NCBI GenBank assembly: GCA_035473115.1
Contig: DATION010000002.1
Span: forward strand, 9,469-73,468
DNA: 64,000 bases
From: Candidatus Udaeobacter sp.
Lineage (GTDB): Bacteria > Patescibacteriota > Patescibacteriia > Magasanikbacterales > GWA2-37-8
Reading direction: 5' to 3'
Below, piece after piece: positions 62,978 through 64,000 of this stretch. The position numbers and the translations under genes were made by a program. How positions within the stretch are numbered: position 1 is the first letter of the stretch; each line of letters opens with the position of its first letter. The notes below the pieces were generated by a model. That model did no database searches. It was not told the DNA's origin and worked only from the letters and a program-made list of their open reading frames with translations.

Positions 62978-64000
62978 ATGCTTAGCTCACAGCAACTCCG
63001 TCAAAAATACCTGGAATTTTTCGCTTCCAAAGAACACTCACTTATTTCTTCGGCTTCTTTAATTCCCGAAAATGATCCGACTGTTTTGTTTACCACAGCC
63101 GGCATGCATCCGCTGGTGCCATATTTATTAGGAGAAAAACATCCGGGCGGCAAGCGAGTATCAAATGTGCAAAAATGCGTGCGCACGGGTGATATAGACG
63201 AAGTCGGCGATAATCGCCACTTAACTTTTTTTGAAATGATGGGTAACTGGTCTTTTGGGGATTATTTTAAAAAAGAAGCTATTGCCTGGAGTTGGGAATT
63301 TTTAACTTCCAGCAGTTATTTAGGCTTAGACCCGCGCTTGTTGGCGGTATCTGTTTTTGCCGGCGATGCTGATGCTCCAAAAGACGAAGAATCTGCCGGG
63401 TTTTGGAAATCTTTAGGCGTGCCGGAAAATAGAATCGGTTATCTGCCAAAGAAAAATAATTGGTGGGGTCCAGCCGGACAGACTGGTCCGTGTGGTCCAG
63501 ACACGGAAATGTTTTTTTGGCGTGGAAACACAGAATTTCCTCCGGAAAATAGCAATCCAGCAACAGATGAAGATAATTGGCTGGAAATTTGGAATGATGT
63601 TTTCATGCAATATAACAAAAAAATAGATGGAACTTTTGAACCCTTAAAACAGCAAAATGTTGATACTGGCATGGGGCTGGAAAGAACCTTGGTAGTTTTA
63701 AATGGCAATGCCGATGTTTTTCAGATTGATACGCTTTGGCCACTTATTCAAAAAATCCAAGAAATTTCCGGCCGTGAATATATAGAAAATCAAGAAGTTA
63801 CTAAATCAATGAGAATCATTGCCGACCACCTGCGTACGGCCACCATGATTATGGGTGATGATAGGGGAATTGCGCCAAGCAATGTGGATCAAGGTTATAT
63901 TGTCCGCCGTTTAATTCGCCGTGCCGTGCGTCAAGGGCGACAACTTGGTATTAAAGAAAATTTCTGCAGTTTAATTTCCGAAGAAGTAATTAAAATTTTT
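62978..64000 (+). CDS. alaS: Alanine--tRNA ligase, N-terminal part (continues past the window end)
   Basis: MLSSQQLRQKYLEFFASKEH...FTTAGMHP class II AlaRS N-terminus; frame stays open to the window end, and the ORF track has no entry here. Confidence 0.85.
   Translation, partial: MLSSQQLRQKYLEFFASKEHSLISSASLIPENDPTVLFTTAGMHPLVPYLLGEKHPGGKRVSNVQKCVRTGDIDEVGDNRHLTFFEMMGNWSFGDYFKKEAIAWSWEFLTSSSYLGLDPRLLAVSVFAGDADAPKDEESAGFWKSLGVPENRIGYLPKKNNWWGPAGQTGPCGPDTEMFFWRGNTEFPPENSNPATDEDNWLEIWNDVFMQYNKKIDGTFEPLKQQNVDTGMGLERTLVVLNGNADVFQIDTLWPLIQKIQEISGREYIENQEVTKSMRIIADHLRTATMIMGDDRGIAPSNVDQGYIVRRLIRRAVRQGRQLGIKENFCSLISEEVIKIF

Noticed and set aside
1-64000. CRISPR arrays, transposases, integrases, prophage genes
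   Set aside because: No spacer-interspaced direct repeats were seen, and no ORF has DDE, serine or tyrosine recombinase signatures. Foreign DNA is present only as small GC-rich islands.

Overview
The window is AT-rich (roughly 35% GC) with short, densely packed genes, consistent with a reduced genome of CPR/Patescibacteria type; that assignment is inference only. Recognisable housekeeping content on the forward half includes typA (partial), an mntR-mntH manganese pair, dus, a phospholipase D/cardiolipin-synthase-like gene, glutamate dehydrogenase, yidC, and an hrcA-grpE-dnaK-dnaJ heat-shock operon carrying two extra small genes. Further on are rnhA, murA, ctpA, era, rplI, pyrG, a cell-envelope glycosylation locus (sugar phosphotransferase, S8 subtilase, UXS-like epimerase, GT2, GT4, methyltransferase), recJ, lepA, murJ, and a beta-CASP MBL nuclease. 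The window then holds mraZ-rsmH-ftsL followed by a membrane-anchored double AAA+ Clp-like ATPase and an MraY/WecA-like transferase, then rplU, recR-ybaB-dnaB, HIT plus NUDIX, a TraD/VirD4-like ATPase, mnmA and the start of alaS. Superimposed on this are (i) several GC-rich (about 50-58% GC) islands encoding secreted or lipoproteins, a metzincin, an acidic bipartite protein and a small Cys peptide, probably horizontally acquired. There is also (ii) a family of long perfect AT-rich hairpins enclosing a conserved GC-rich core, with four copies. Further, (iii) a conserved leader of about 75 nt is repeated in front of dus and rsmH, and (iv) promoters of the TTGACA-N17-TATAAT type occur, some apparently leaderless, with a DtxR-type operator and a variant CIRCE box. 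Finally, (v) two GC-rich stretches with no credible ORF flank mnmA. No CRISPR array, transposase or integrase was seen.
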